Source: Strigamia acuminata (Eukaryota). Taken from it: a stretch of DNA of 64,000 bases. The notes below the pieces were generated by a model. It had not been told where the DNA came from. It was given only the letters and a program-made list of their open reading frames with translations, and searched no databases. The DNA is taken from the NCBI GenBank assembly GCA_949358305.1, contig OX442314.1:5332001-5396000 (forward strand), written 5' to 3'. The number at the start of each line of letters is the position of its first letter. Positions within the stretch are counted from its first letter, which is position 1. Below, piece by piece: positions 14,101 to 25,294 of the stretch. The position numbers and the translations under genes were made by a program.

Positions 14101-17100
14101 AAATGACCAGTGCAATCAAACTTGGTGAATTGGACGAGGATTGATTAAAATGTGATCGTTTGGCCACCCTAGTGGCCTACAAGCCGTCCCCCTCTTGGAG
14201 GAGTGGACCGGCCTAGCAGGGGAGGAGGGAGCCGAGTGGTGTGGTGAGAGAGAGACGTTGCTGAAGGAGCCGAGAATGAGGACGTGCCAAGGGAGGGCTG
14301 ACACGGTCCGAGCGCCAGCAGAGACAACTGCTGACTCTGCTCCTCTCACCATTCACCACTGTGACGCTCAGTAGCAGGAAGATGTGCTTGCTGCAGCCTC
14401 CATGAGCGGCAGAATGTTCGTTTGACGCGACCGACACGTCATCCATGGGACTTAGGTTCTGTGTGTGACGGGTCGGACGCCAATGTAGCGTGCCGAACAG
14501 CTCAGCCACACAGTAAGATAGGTGGCCCAACCCCTAGACAACGATTAAAGACCAAAACCCAACAATCTGTCTTGTTATTTACGTGATGTATGCGTCCTTC
14601 CCGTGTAGTAAACTGCACCGGTAAGACCATGCCCAGTCACAAAAATTGCAAATATCTCGAGAACAAAAGCTAGGATCGTCCAAAACAAAACCTGAAACGA
14701 AAGAGCAGAAAAAAACTACACCAGAAACGTTAAATAAACAACACTGCCTACAACTAACATAATTAATACACATTTCATTGAACATTGCATGGTATAACAC
14801 TTAACCGAAATGTCTCTATTTTGTTGACAGCAGAATTGCGCAGAAACGCCCCAAAAAACACTTGGATTACTCCTAAATAAATCTGATTCGCCCACACTTT
14901 TTTACTTCCCCCCCCCAAAAAAAAATTATTTGCCCTCTGTTTTCTAGGAATCCCCCCAAATTTTTATTTCGCCAAATGGCGTATAAACGTTGGATAAACG
15001 TTCATGCTTCTTGTGGTATATAAACCTGCATATTATTATTTTTTTGTATTCATGTTCAACAATGACACCGATGCACCCCGAAAGCGCAGAAAGTTGGGAT
15101 TGAAATGGGCCAAAATAAAAATATTTGATAATCTCGATGAAGACACTAAACGTTACTTAGTGGTTCCTATTCTTAAAAAGACACTGCGCGAAAGTAACAT
15201 CGACAAGTACATACGACAGGTTGACCTTAAAAACTGGCGCCACTTCGACACCTATATACAGTCGAAGAATAGATTATGGCTTGTGCCCATAGAAAATAGC
15301 AAATGGGACGAAGGGACTTGCACATGTCCCATTTTTTTAAAGACCTACATGTATAAACATAGCGATTGGTGAGTAGCTATACTCTGTTGCACTTGAGGCG
15401 AAAAATATCCCTCTAGGTCAGAAAAGGAAACGTGGCAGGTCGTCTAAAGCTAAAAAGGCACTGATGGCCCAATAATTTCTTCTTCTGAGGTTTGTTTTGG
15501 GGGTTAAATGAATTTTTTATGTTTTTTTTCGGGAGGGGGGGGGGGAAATCAGATTTTTCGGGGGGCAAAAGAAGTTTTTTTGGGGGGTGGAGCAGTATTT
15601 TCGGTTTAGTTTTATTTGGGGGGGGGGGGGGAATAGTTTTTTTTTGGGGGGGGGGGGGAAACGGATATTTCTCGGGGGCCATTAAATCATATCAGTCTTT
15701 AAATCAAGTCGAGATCAGTTGAAATAATTACAGATGAACCTTTAATTCTCATTAGTCCTAAGTTTCCATATGTCAGGGCACTCAAACACAGAAAAGGAAC
15801 ACACAAAAAGTAAGATTAAGGGCCAGTAGAAATAAGACTACGGCTCAGTAAAAGCTGTGAGACTAGAAGATCATATTAGCTAGTAGAACTAAGCTTGTAA
15901 AGAGATTGAATCCAAGTGTATATGTGTATTTACCCATGTATATGTTCGTATACCTGTATTGATTTGTGTACAATGTCCAAAAGGAAGGGGAATAAGGCTT
16001 TTTGATGCATTAAGCGCTGCTTTATATCCTTGAAAATACTATAAATATCAAATAATTTAATATAATATTTTACTCAAGGTTATATTTAGAAACATACCTT
16101 ATAACCTAATTCATTATTAAGTGAGACTGTTTCGTGGACGTTGAGTTTTTCCCAGATTTCGTCCAATGATAAATTGTTGTCGAACAATTGCCACGGTGAT
16201 ATGTTATTGCAGGTCTTGTTAGTTCGATTCATTAAGTTCATTCTGGCTTCATCAATATCATCATCTTGTGTTTCACCACAGACCGTGACAGACGGATATT
16301 GGGTAAAGCGTCGTGGAACTATGCTCACTGTTTTTGTTATCGGTTCTTCAATGTAGTAGGTCAATCGAATTTGCAAGCAATACAAAGTGAATCCCGAGCA
16401 AATTATAACCAGAATTGTCTTAAGTTTACGTGAAACTCCATTTCTTTTAATTGGCTCCTGACTCTGAGTTATGTTCTTTGAGCATTTGTCATAAACTCGG
16501 TGAATCTTATTAACCTGTTTATTTTTCCAAATCTTTGCTAGATACCAAGCGATTTCGGGCAATGAGGTTAAAGACAGACCGAGAAATAAGCCCAGATTTC
16601 CTCCTAAATCTGATAGTAAAGCAATAACATCATACGTGTACCGTTCTTCATACACAGTGATTTTATCATTAGATAGTGCTAACGATGCGGATATAGTGTT
16701 TTTATCATCTGCTATGCCGGCATCAGTGTGAATTATAAACATTAACTGTTCACATGGGCGTCGACAGAGACAATCACCAATTGGATCAGTGGTTTCAATT
16801 AAACGGTTTGCAATACCGTACAGCTCATGGGTGGTATTCGAGCATTCGCAGAGTGGTAAATCTATCTTTGTAAAGGGTAATCTGGCAAAGAAGATGTTTC
16901 ATCACTTTTATTTTAGTTGTATTTGTATATTATGCATCTTACCTGCAAAACACATATTTTTTTAATTTCTTAATTAAGCATGCACGATAACATTCTTTGT
17001 ATTCGTTTTCACTGGAGCATGAACTCATAGATGAATTGAGAAATATGAACTTAAATGCAATAAGTTATAAAATTATTAGTTGCTAATTTTCATTTACAGT

Positions 17101-18069
17101 AAGATTTAAAATTTTACTTTGTCAAAACTCAAATTAATTCTTAATGCGTCACCAAGGTATTGTGATGTTACATGCTGATTTCTTCCGAATTCGTAGAGTG
17201 ACATGTAAAACTATGTGGGTGAAAATAAAAATTCAGAAAAATTTCATTTTCTGATATATTGCAAATAATGTAGTACGATTACCAGGTAAGGAGATGTAGG
17301 ACATACGTAGTCATAAGTTTTTTCAATAGTTGCTGTAAATAATTCTTGATGAAATGATTTACTATATGCTAAAGTTGTACCAATAAATGATATTTGTATA
17401 ATTAATGAGAGGAGTGTTTTTTGTTTATAGTTACAGAATTGAAATGTTGAGCAAATTCCATATGTGGTGTCAGTTTCCGTGAGAACAAGTGTTTTGTTTG
17501 ACAATCCCTGAACATGTTAAATTATGATTTCTTATTTAAAAAATAATTTCTACTACATTTACCTTCATTTTAATGCTGACTATCTCTTTGCTCAAATTGG
17601 TTGCTCTCCAAAGTTCATCCATATTGTAAGTTGGAATTGCCATCAGATTTTTGAACATGTTTATACATTCAGCTGGGACTGAACCGAAATTAATTGGTCC
17701 AGTAGTCTTGATGTTCTCAAAAGTTTTATTCCAAAGCGTGGCCATTTCTTTTGTGTTGCCACTGCAGATCATCAAATTTGGTAACTCAATATTTTCCGAT
17801 TTGGTCGTCACGTCAACAGCCGTAGGATAACTTAAGTAATGCATTACTCTATCGTACGTCTGATAAGTGAGCATGCATGTGCAAAGTAGGAGCAAAATGA
17901 ACCAAAGTGTATGACGTCTGCTCCAATGTTTTCTACTGTTTATGAAATCATCCAGACCAATTAAGCTGCAGTTTGGTTTGTTGGCGTCATCTTTTATCAT
18001 GAGTTGAATTTCTGTACGTAGTTTTCTTAATCTTTGCATATTTCGTCCCATCAAGTAATTTTTCTGCAT
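11131..18069 (-). CDS. DEG/ENaC (pickpocket/ASIC-like) channel gene, copy 1; two channel modules in tandem; multi-exon and possibly disabled
   Basis: Exon 17563-18069 has TM1 plus YPT...LPNLMIC. Exon ~17244-17504 has YGICSTF, followed by Cys-rich thumb exons. Exon 16098-16881 has LLSDLGGNLGLFLGLS, a second TM1 and YPSVTVC. The last exon (11131-~11510) has FLSDIGSILGLGLGMS. Middle exons of module 2 (11.9-13.7 kb) were not resolved and contain MITE insertions. Confidence 0.75.
12111..12763. mobile_element. TA-flanked MITE (Tc1/mariner-like TIR CCGGGTGGCCCA)
   Basis: Imperfect inverted termini TACCG..GGTGGCCCA and TGGGCCACCCGGTA. Absent from the paralog at ~54450. Ends are approximate. Confidence 0.5.
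12427..12631. mobile_element. hAT-type MITE
   Basis: TIRs CAGTGGCGGATCTA and TAGATCCGTCCCTG, with an 8-bp TSD TCTGTGAA (12419-12426, 12632-12639). Confidence 0.85.
13268..13621. mobile_element. pogo/Tc2-like MITE
   Basis: TIRs CCGTACTGCCTTGAATAA and TTATTCAAGGCAGTACGG with TA TSD. The paralog has the empty site at ~54800. Confidence 0.85.
14150..14645 (-). repeat. Fragment of the LTR family seen whole at 59417-62304
   Basis: Shares blocks (GAGTGGTGTGGTGAGAGAGAGACG, CCCCTAGACAAC, TTATTTACGTGA, CCAGTCACAA) with 43310-44420 and, inverted, with 59480-59990. Confidence 0.6.
15004..15475 (+). pseudogene. Mutator-like transposase C-terminal remnant (SWIM finger + AT-hook-like tail)
   Basis: GTCTCPIFLKTYMYKH resembles a degenerate SWIM CxC..CxH and is followed by LGQKRKRGR. 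It lies inside a block absent from the paralog. Confidence 0.55.
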
Positions 18070-19128
18070 TATACAGCTGTATTTTCTGTATTCTGGGCTA
18101 GACCACAGCTGAGTTCAGACTTGTCTCTTCAATTCTGTTTACTGTAATGTCTTTTGTTTACTATAACGTCTTCTTTTCCTTGGTAACTTTTTCCATGACG
18201 ATTATTGATTCAATTATTTTGTGCTAACGTGACCATATAATTTAGACGTTGGTCGATAAATGCATTTTTAATCGTGTTAAATTATACAGTATACGGCGAT
18301 GTTGTTCGCTTTACCGTTAATTTTGCTCAGAGAATGTATATCGGTCACGGTCCACACCCAATGACCTATAATGTAGAATCTCGTGTACTTGGGCAAAGAT
18401 GACGATCCCAGAAGTCACTTAACTTACAGGGAACAATTGAAATTGATTTTATTCTTGGAAGAAATTCTTCTTTTATCATTTTTGGTCGCATGACTGCACT
18501 GTTGCACACGCACACAAAACACTTTTATCCACCTGATTCAATAATTTTAAGTTTGCTTATGAGATGTAGTCAAGTCAACCAATAGACATAATACAAATAA
18601 GAAATTTCTAGAAATGTAATCCTTAGTCACTTTATGTTAAACTTGAAGTAAATAAAAAGATATTCAAAGTTTACCAATTAATTTCTAAAGTCCTTGACTA
18701 CAAGTGGATGTAACAGTTGAAAATCGCGTTGAAGTCCAAGATGGCGTTGGAGTATAAAGAAGCACGACCACACAGTTTTAGTTGAAAAAGTACACTGAGT
18801 TTTTATTCTAATCTTAAAAGGAAAAGGAAATGCAAATGACACGGTTCGCAGAACCAATCACAAGCATCCGTGAGATAGGGGAATGACGTGTTCAGGTAGA
18901 GGAATGCAAAACGGATTAAAGGGATTAACATGTCAAGATTCCAATAATAAAAAAACAGGTCAATACATATAAGTGGAAATAAAAATACATTATAACAAAT
19001 TGGCAAAATCACAAATAAAATATCGAAATCTCGAATAAAAATGGAAATACAAAGAAACAATATAAATTCAACAATACAAATCAAATAATGTAACTAAACA
19101 ATAATTCACGCGTAAAATCATCCGATTT

Positions 19129-20213
19129 TCACACTGCCGGGCGGGGGTCGTTTGACTCCACTTCCAAACGTACGAGACGTTGTATCGGTCGACGCAAATG
19201 TTCTCCACTGGCTAGCACCATTTCACACGATCTGATTTTATTATCTCGACCCTTTCTAACTTCGACCACTCTGCCCATCTTCCATTTTAGACGTGGCTTA
19301 AATGGTTCTTCAATGATAACGACGTCGTTTAACTGGAGTTCTCGCGCGCACGATTTGCCCGTTTGAATTTTTAGATCTGTTAAATACTCCCGAGACCAAC
19401 GATTCCAGAACGAGAGTAATACGCGTTGCTGGTAGCGCCATTGTCGAACAAACTCCTTCTGAGTCGGTTCGATGCTGTCTGTTGCTCCCGAGTCAGGTAG
19501 GTGAGTCAACATCACGCCGGTCAAAAAGTGCGCGGGCGTAAGTGGCTCAATTTCGTTTGGGTTGTCATACACGTAGGTGATCGGTCGGCGATTTATTACT
19601 GCTTCGGTTTGCACAAGAAAAGTTCCGAGCTGATAGAAGTTCAAGTGCGCCGAACCGATTGCCTTCCTCAAACACCTCTTGACCGTCTGCACCATCCTCT
19701 CCCAGAACCCGCCCCACCACGGTCCGTTTTCGACGATGAACTTCCAATCGATGCCCTTTTGGGCCAAGTAATTTCGAAACGTCTCGTCCTTCGTGTGGTT
19801 TAAGAGTGAGGCGAGCTCTTTGTGGGCGCGGTGGAATGTAGTTCCGTTGTCGCTGTACATCGTTTTCGGAAGCCCTCGGCGACCAATAAAGCGCTCGAAC
19901 GCCCCCAAAAAGTCTGTTGTTGCTAGCGAGGGCACCAATTCCAAATGGACGGCTCGAATTGTCGCACATGTAAATACAGCTACGTACGCTTTAGTTTTCC
20001 GTCCCTTCACTATTATTGGTCCCGCGAAGTCGACTCCGGTGACTGCAAACGGTTGGGTTTTTGACGTCCTGTCGGCTGGAAGGGCGCCTGGCACTTCCCG
20101 CATCAATCGTCCGTTGATTTTTTTGCAGACGACGCAACGATCCAACATGGTCTTCAAGGTCCTCCTTGCGGATGGAGTCCAGTAGTTTTCCCGAAATTTG
20201 GATAGCGTGGATG
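19129..20213 (-). CDS. BEL-2 integrase (3' part of the polyprotein)
   Basis: CxxC, GVDFAGP, SDNGT, WWGGFWER, RRPIQRL. It joins the 38448-42643 part in frame (HCGLTS-TLSKFRENYW) when the Gypsy is removed, giving 1758 aa in total. Confidence 0.93.
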
Positions 20214-21267
20214 TGTCGCGCTCAACTCTAACCGTCGCTAACTCGTGGGTTGATTACTTAATTCGACTAACTCACTACCGCTTTGCTCAAGCGGTTTACC
20301 CAAAGAAATGATTACACAGATATAAAAGGTAAAATATAATATAGATTTATTCTGCGGGGCAATGTACAGATATATCTTATATATATATATATAAAGGGTA
20401 AGTAAAAGGTAAATCGGAATGGGTGATGGGGAATGGAAAGGTAAAGGTAAGATGAAAGCTGGCTGGAATCGGCGAGGTCGTCTGTTGTCTCGTGCGTGTC
20501 CAAGATGGCGTCCTCGTTGTAGCAACGTGATGTCGTCTTGGGCCGGCGTGGCAATATGGCGTCCTCGGCTCGTCTCTGGCTGGTCCTTCGGGCTCACGCT
20601 GGTCGGGCGCGAGTGAATGCTTAGTTAAAAGGCTTACTTCGGTCTGTTGTCTAGGTTTTTGTGTGGTGTCCGGCGATCACACAGCGGCGGACTCTTCTGG
20701 CTCCCGGCGGTCACACAGCGGCGGGAACGCTCGTCGTGGTTTTACTGCAGTTTAGGCTTGTGCGACCGTTTGTCTGCACAACTCGCTAAACTGGAGTGGT
20801 TTTTACTATTTCTAGCTGGTGTGCTAAAATAGTGTGGTAATCTTATCTCGCAGGTTACTCTGCGGAGTTTGACACTGACCAAACGTACTCACGGTAAATT
20901 GTCCTTTGTCCTTGGTCAATCCCAGTATATTTACTTGGGCCTGATCTTGTAGGACGACGGGTTTTACGTGTGTTTCTCGTTTGATGGTTGTGTTGGTTCT
21001 GCCCGCTCAGTGCAAGGCACATTCCTTTGCACAAAGCGGGGTTGACAGGTGACCAGAATCACCCAATGGTGGGGTGGACGAACCATCCCCACTCCCTCAG
21101 GGCAGACGCCTGTCCATTGACTAGATGTCAATGCACTGAGGGAAGGGAGACGCGCTTGCGGCTCCCCTTACACCCGAAACGAGGTCACGAGAGAAACTCT
21201 TCGTTGACCCCGGTCCAGTCGGGTCACAACACTTCCCCCTCCGAGCTCAGACCGTGGGGCTGAGCGA

Positions 21268-23001
21268 TCACTTCTTTCCTGGGGGACCCGACACTGAGTC
21301 CGTCACCTGGGCGTAACTCACTCCAGGGACAGGCGGTTGAGTGCCGGGTGGCGCGGGTAGATCGCCTACTAGCGCCGAGGACCGATCACGGGGGTCCTCA
21401 TGCTCCGTAATGAAACATAATGCATGGCCGTCAACTGGCTCATGCGGGGCACGCGTCCTCTCGTGTAACCAAACGCTCGGGATGTAGGCGGAGAAGCCGG
21501 TGTTCGTATGCCGGATGGCATTGGCTTCCGCTGGCGTCACTGGCGCACGGTGGGCTCTCAGCAACCTCTGGTGGAAGATGAGGTCTTTAGTCTTCCGGAT
21601 CTGGTTGTGAAGCCAGATGAAGACCGATTTGCCTTTGTCCCGCTGCGCGAGGATAAACCTCCTGGTCGCCGTTGTCATCGAAAGATGGGGAAACTCGTCG
21701 ATGATTCGCCCATAATAGTCTGGTGGAGGCGGTGCCGGCTTCGGCTTCTGGGTGGCCGCGGGAATCACTGCTGGCGTCGATGTCGCCGCTCGGGCCGGTG
21801 AGGTCCCGGGCGGTGTCGGCTTCGTTTGCTCGACGGACCTGACGGGTGGCGTTCGGCACAGCAAGCGCTTTGGTTTACCCGCCACTTCGAACAGGGCGGG
21901 TCCTTGCGGGGATATCTCCGCAGGCATCGGTGGCGGAATCGGAACTCCGCTCGTCGGCGAGATCACCATGTCTACATCCTCTGCCGATTCTTCCGTCTGG
22001 ATGGTCAAGGCGCGCAGTTGTTGGGTAGGCGCCGCTGTCCAGGTGGCGGAGGTGTAACGAAACGCCGTGCTTCGCAACTTGTACCCCTCAAATTCGGGGT
22101 TTACCACATCCCTGGTTAGCTCGTACCGAGTCAACACAGGGTCGGGCAGAATGGAGCTCCACTCTGCGAGGAGTGCACGGGGAACCTGTACACCCTCTCT
22201 GTCCACGACAGACCATGCGGCCATCGCCTGACGCCCTTCTCCGAAGAGTGCTGGGGTTAGCAGCTGCATCATGACCTTGGTCAATGATAGCTGTAGGCTG
22301 CGACGATTCACTGGATTCGATCGCTCTGAATCCGCAGTGAAGGCACGCGAGAGCTTACTCATCATCGCGATTGCCCATTCGATAAAATATCGCTGTGTCT
22401 GATCCACACCTCGCAAGGCGGGCGCGGAGACTCTTGGGTCTTCCATCACGAAGCGAAACGCTGAGAGCTCGGAGATAGTCGGGTTGGCGGCTTCTCTCGC
22501 GAGTCGCGCTTCTTCGTCTCGCCTCTCGAAGAACAGGGCCGAGGAACCGGGTCGGGGTCGGCTCGGCCTGTAAATGTCGGTCAAATTGGCTCGACATTCC
22601 TGCATAATGCTCTGTCCAACGGGGAGAGGGACTGAGCGGTCGGTGGGTAAATCCGGCGGATCGCTCGAATTCAACAACGACGGTGGCGGCAGGTCCGGAG
22701 GCGGCTGCGTCTTGGTCGGCAGCGTCGGCGTCGGCAGCGGTGGTGGCGGCTGCGTCGGTGGTGGTGGCGTCTCCGTCGTCTGCACCCCAGTCATTGCGAC
22801 TTGGGGCGCCGGGAGATGTTGTTCGGAGCTCGAAGGCTGCACGATGGCGGTTGGCATGCCATCGGGTCGCGGTCGCGAATTTATGTAGTCTGCGAGCCAC
22901 CTTGCCACCTCGTGTGGGGTCACCTTTCCGTCGGTGACAACACCCATCTTCCTGGCGTGTTTCATCGCGGGATCGAAACGTGTCAGTTTCGTCCGCTTCA
23001 T
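21268..23001 (-). CDS. Gypsy-A accessory protein, C-terminal part (unknown function, Pro-rich)
   Basis: 577-aa ORF between pol and the 3' LTR. The frame stays open upstream to the A7 run at 23164-23170. No signal peptide or TM helix is evident. Confidence 0.7.
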   Translation of the reverse strand: MKRTKLTRFDPAMKHARKMGVVTDGKVTPHEVARWLADYINSRPRPDGMPTAIVQPSSSEQHLPAPQVAMTGVQTTETPPPPTQPPPPLPTPTLPTKTQPPPDLPPPSLLNSSDPPDLPTDRSVPLPVGQSIMQECRANLTDIYRPSRPRPGSSALFFERRDEEARLAREAANPTISELSAFRFVMEDPRVSAPALRGVDQTQRYFIEWAIAMMSKLSRAFTADSERSNPVNRRSLQLSLTKVMMQLLTPALFGEGRQAMAAWSVVDREGVQVPRALLAEWSSILPDPVLTRYELTRDVVNPEFEGYKLRSTAFRYTSATWTAAPTQQLRALTIQTEESAEDVDMVISPTSGVPIPPPMPAEISPQGPALFEVAGKPKRLLCRTPPVRSVEQTKPTPPGTSPARAATSTPAVIPAATQKPKPAPPPPDYYGRIIDEFPHLSMTTATRRFILAQRDKGKSVFIWLHNQIRKTKDLIFHQRLLRAHRAPVTPAEANAIRHTNTGFSAYIPSVWLHERTRAPHEPVDGHALCFITEHEDPRDRSSALVGDLPAPPGTQPPVPGVSYAQVTDSVSGPPGKK

Positions 23002-23065
23002 CTGAGTCAGAATCTCGCGAAGGTCCCGCGTATCTGCCGCTGGGACGTGTCGCTCACCTGACTGG

Positions 23066-24034
23066 CTACCACTTCGTCGACCCGCTCTCTTGGAGATGTA
23101 GGCGGGTTCGGGGATGGGACGGCCCCGAGCTTCGCACCTCGCGAAGTATCGCTCCTTGCGATCTTTTTTTCCGCTGCTCGCGATGAGTCAGCGGACGTCT
23201 AGAAGTGCTGGGACGAGAGACTCGCTCTTCATCACCAGACATCCAAACCTCCTTGCACTCCTTACCGTCTTTAATCTGACGGTTTACGAAAATTCGCGGT
23301 CGGGAATACTGCGAAGGGTCACGCACCGTACTAGTGGATGGCCCAGCTTCGTTGCTTTCAGTCGTGTTTTGAGCGACACGCTGCTTCTTGGTTGTCACCG
23401 GGGAACGCGACTGGCTGTTCCCGGCGCCTTTGGAGCGCTTGCGCTTCCGCGGGTAGCTGCTTTCGGGCCCCAAAATCCCCAGGTGGTGGAGCTGCCACAT
23501 CTCGGCTTGGGACGTTAAAATTCCCATCCGAGGTCTCCACTGGGGCGTACTCTCTCCCAATCGCAGCCTCTCAAACCACAGATGAATATCATCCGCGGTC
23601 ATCCCCTCGTTTTGGAGGATGCGCTCGGCCACTGCCGCAGCGGTATCCACCAGCTGTTGTCTATACTGCTGATAGATGGCCTCACGGGCCTCTTCTGTCT
23701 CGGCTGCTCGCCACGCATGCAGCACGTGTTCCTCCGCCGGAGTGCCAGTGTACTGACTTGACAATCCGGGGTGGAAAATTGGCGATTTCGGGTCCTCGTC
23801 ACGAGCTAACTCTGTGGCGATGCCTTCGCGCATCCCCTCCGGGAACGTGTCCAGGAGCGTACAGTCTCGTACCCAACGTCGGGCGATGCATCGGGAATGT
23901 AGTATTCGCAGGCGCCAAGGGTCGGCGTCCTCGCCGAAACATCGTCGGTAAAATTCGGGCAGCGCGCCTCGAAATATCCCGCCACGAGCGATGCAAGCGG
24001 GGTCTAATGGTCCCCATGTTTTACGTAGTGCCAT
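23066..24034 (-). CDS. Gypsy-A accessory protein, N-terminal part (unknown function)
   Basis: The ATG at 24034 sits directly after a polypyrimidine-CAG acceptor. Contains the basic cluster RKRKRSK. Confidence 0.65.
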   Translation of the reverse strand: MALRKTWGPLDPACIARGGIFRGALPEFYRRCFGEDADPWRLRILHSRCIARRWVRDCTLLDTFPEGMREGIATELARDEDPKSPIFHPGLSSQYTGTPAEEHVLHAWRAAETEEAREAIYQQYRQQLVDTAAAVAERILQNEGMTADDIHLWFERLRLGESTPQWRPRMGILTSQAEMWQLHHLGILGPESSYPRKRKRSKGAGNSQSRSPVTTKKQRVAQNTTESNEAGPSTSTVRDPSQYSRPRIFVNRQIKDGKECKEVWMSGDEERVSRPSTSRRPLTHREQRKKRSQGAILREVRSSGPSHPRTRLHLQESGSTKW

Positions 24035-25179
24035 CTGGAAGGATGGAGAAATAAACAATTAATAAAAAGTTAATATTAAATACGTAGATAAATGGTTGGT
24101 TTCGAGGGACGTTGCCGATACGTGCAGCCGTCCGTCGAGACCGATTCCTGTCTATCGGTGCAAACGTAGGACGAATTGTCCCTCGTCGGATAGAAAAAGA
24201 GAAGTCATCACGTGAAAAATCTGTCTCATGTCCAAAACGCACAGCGAGACGGAATCGAGCCTTTAATCCGGATTTTTATCATCAGATTTTACTTCAAATT
24301 AATTCTAACGTTAATTAGAACATTACTAATAATTAAATTAATAATTATCAGTCATTCGTAAAAAGAGTTCGTCGGGTGTGAATTATTACTAAAATTGTAC
24401 AATAAATGTACTTGTCGAAATTTTATTAAACAAATAAATCTAATAGAGAATTATTCCGAAGTCGGACTTTGTCTAATTTTAAAAAAAGTTAAAGTCAAAT
24501 TAAATTTATCCAACACACCGAAAAATTCATCGTACGAATGTTAAGTTGCATCAATTCGATGCGTCAAATTACTTGTGGAGAAAAATATTCTTTTACAGAA
24601 TATTCTCCCCTTGTCATAAAATTATTTATGGCTCGAGCCCATTGTCTCGCTCGTGACTCATGTCATGAGGAATTTTCGAGACGCGAGGCGACGTGAAGTC
24701 TACGATCGCATCCCGAAAACAAATTAACAAGAAAAAAATACGATCGTGTGAGCGATCGCGGTTAATAATTAATTATACGCTATTGTGAGTGCAAAGCACT
24801 CATGTCAGGTATTAGTCAACAAAATTTCTTCTTCAGCAGCATGGAAATAATTCTCATGTGCCGACGCCGACTTCTACCTGATCGGGTGGGACTTGGTTTA
24901 CATCATGGTCCCAGTTTGCCTCGTCCTCGTGCTCGATGGCAAGCACGTCGTTCTCTTCCTCGTCCATGGCGAGGAGCGCGCACAAAAAGCTCAATCACGA
25001 TTGAAAAAAGGATGATAAAACTATCTCAAAAAAACTCGATAAAAACGTTAAAAACGAGGATCACGCACGAATGCAGCGATCAGCTGTGAAAAGCGGAAGT
25101 CCGTGTGAACACGAGGTAATCGCGATGGATTCTGGGTAATATACTCCAGAACCCGGGTGTTTGAGACTAGTGCGCACTT

Positions 25180-25294
25180 ACCCGTGCGCATGTTACGCTA
25201 CGGGTCTCCTTTGTTTTCACTCCCGTGCGCGATTGCTGCTACGGGGTCTTTTGCACGCGGTATCCGACCCGTGCCGATAATTTTGCTACGGGTC
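25180..25294 (-). repeat. Three tandem hairpins CCCGU-A-GC-(variable loop)-GC-ACGGG
   Basis: Inverted repeats at 25180-25205, 25222-25245 and 25266-25294 have the same stem and different loops. Confidence 0.75.

Noticed and set aside
18803..19084. Hydrophobic 93-aa ORF (repeated at 42869-43150)
   Set aside because: It lies in a T-rich LTR, and the hydrophobicity follows from base composition.
20238..21263. Short ORFs duplicated at 37454-38476
   Set aside because: They are identical only because they fall within the LTR pair.
21268..24058. env gene of an errantivirus-like element
   Set aside because: No signal peptide, TM anchor or Cys-rich ectodomain is visible.
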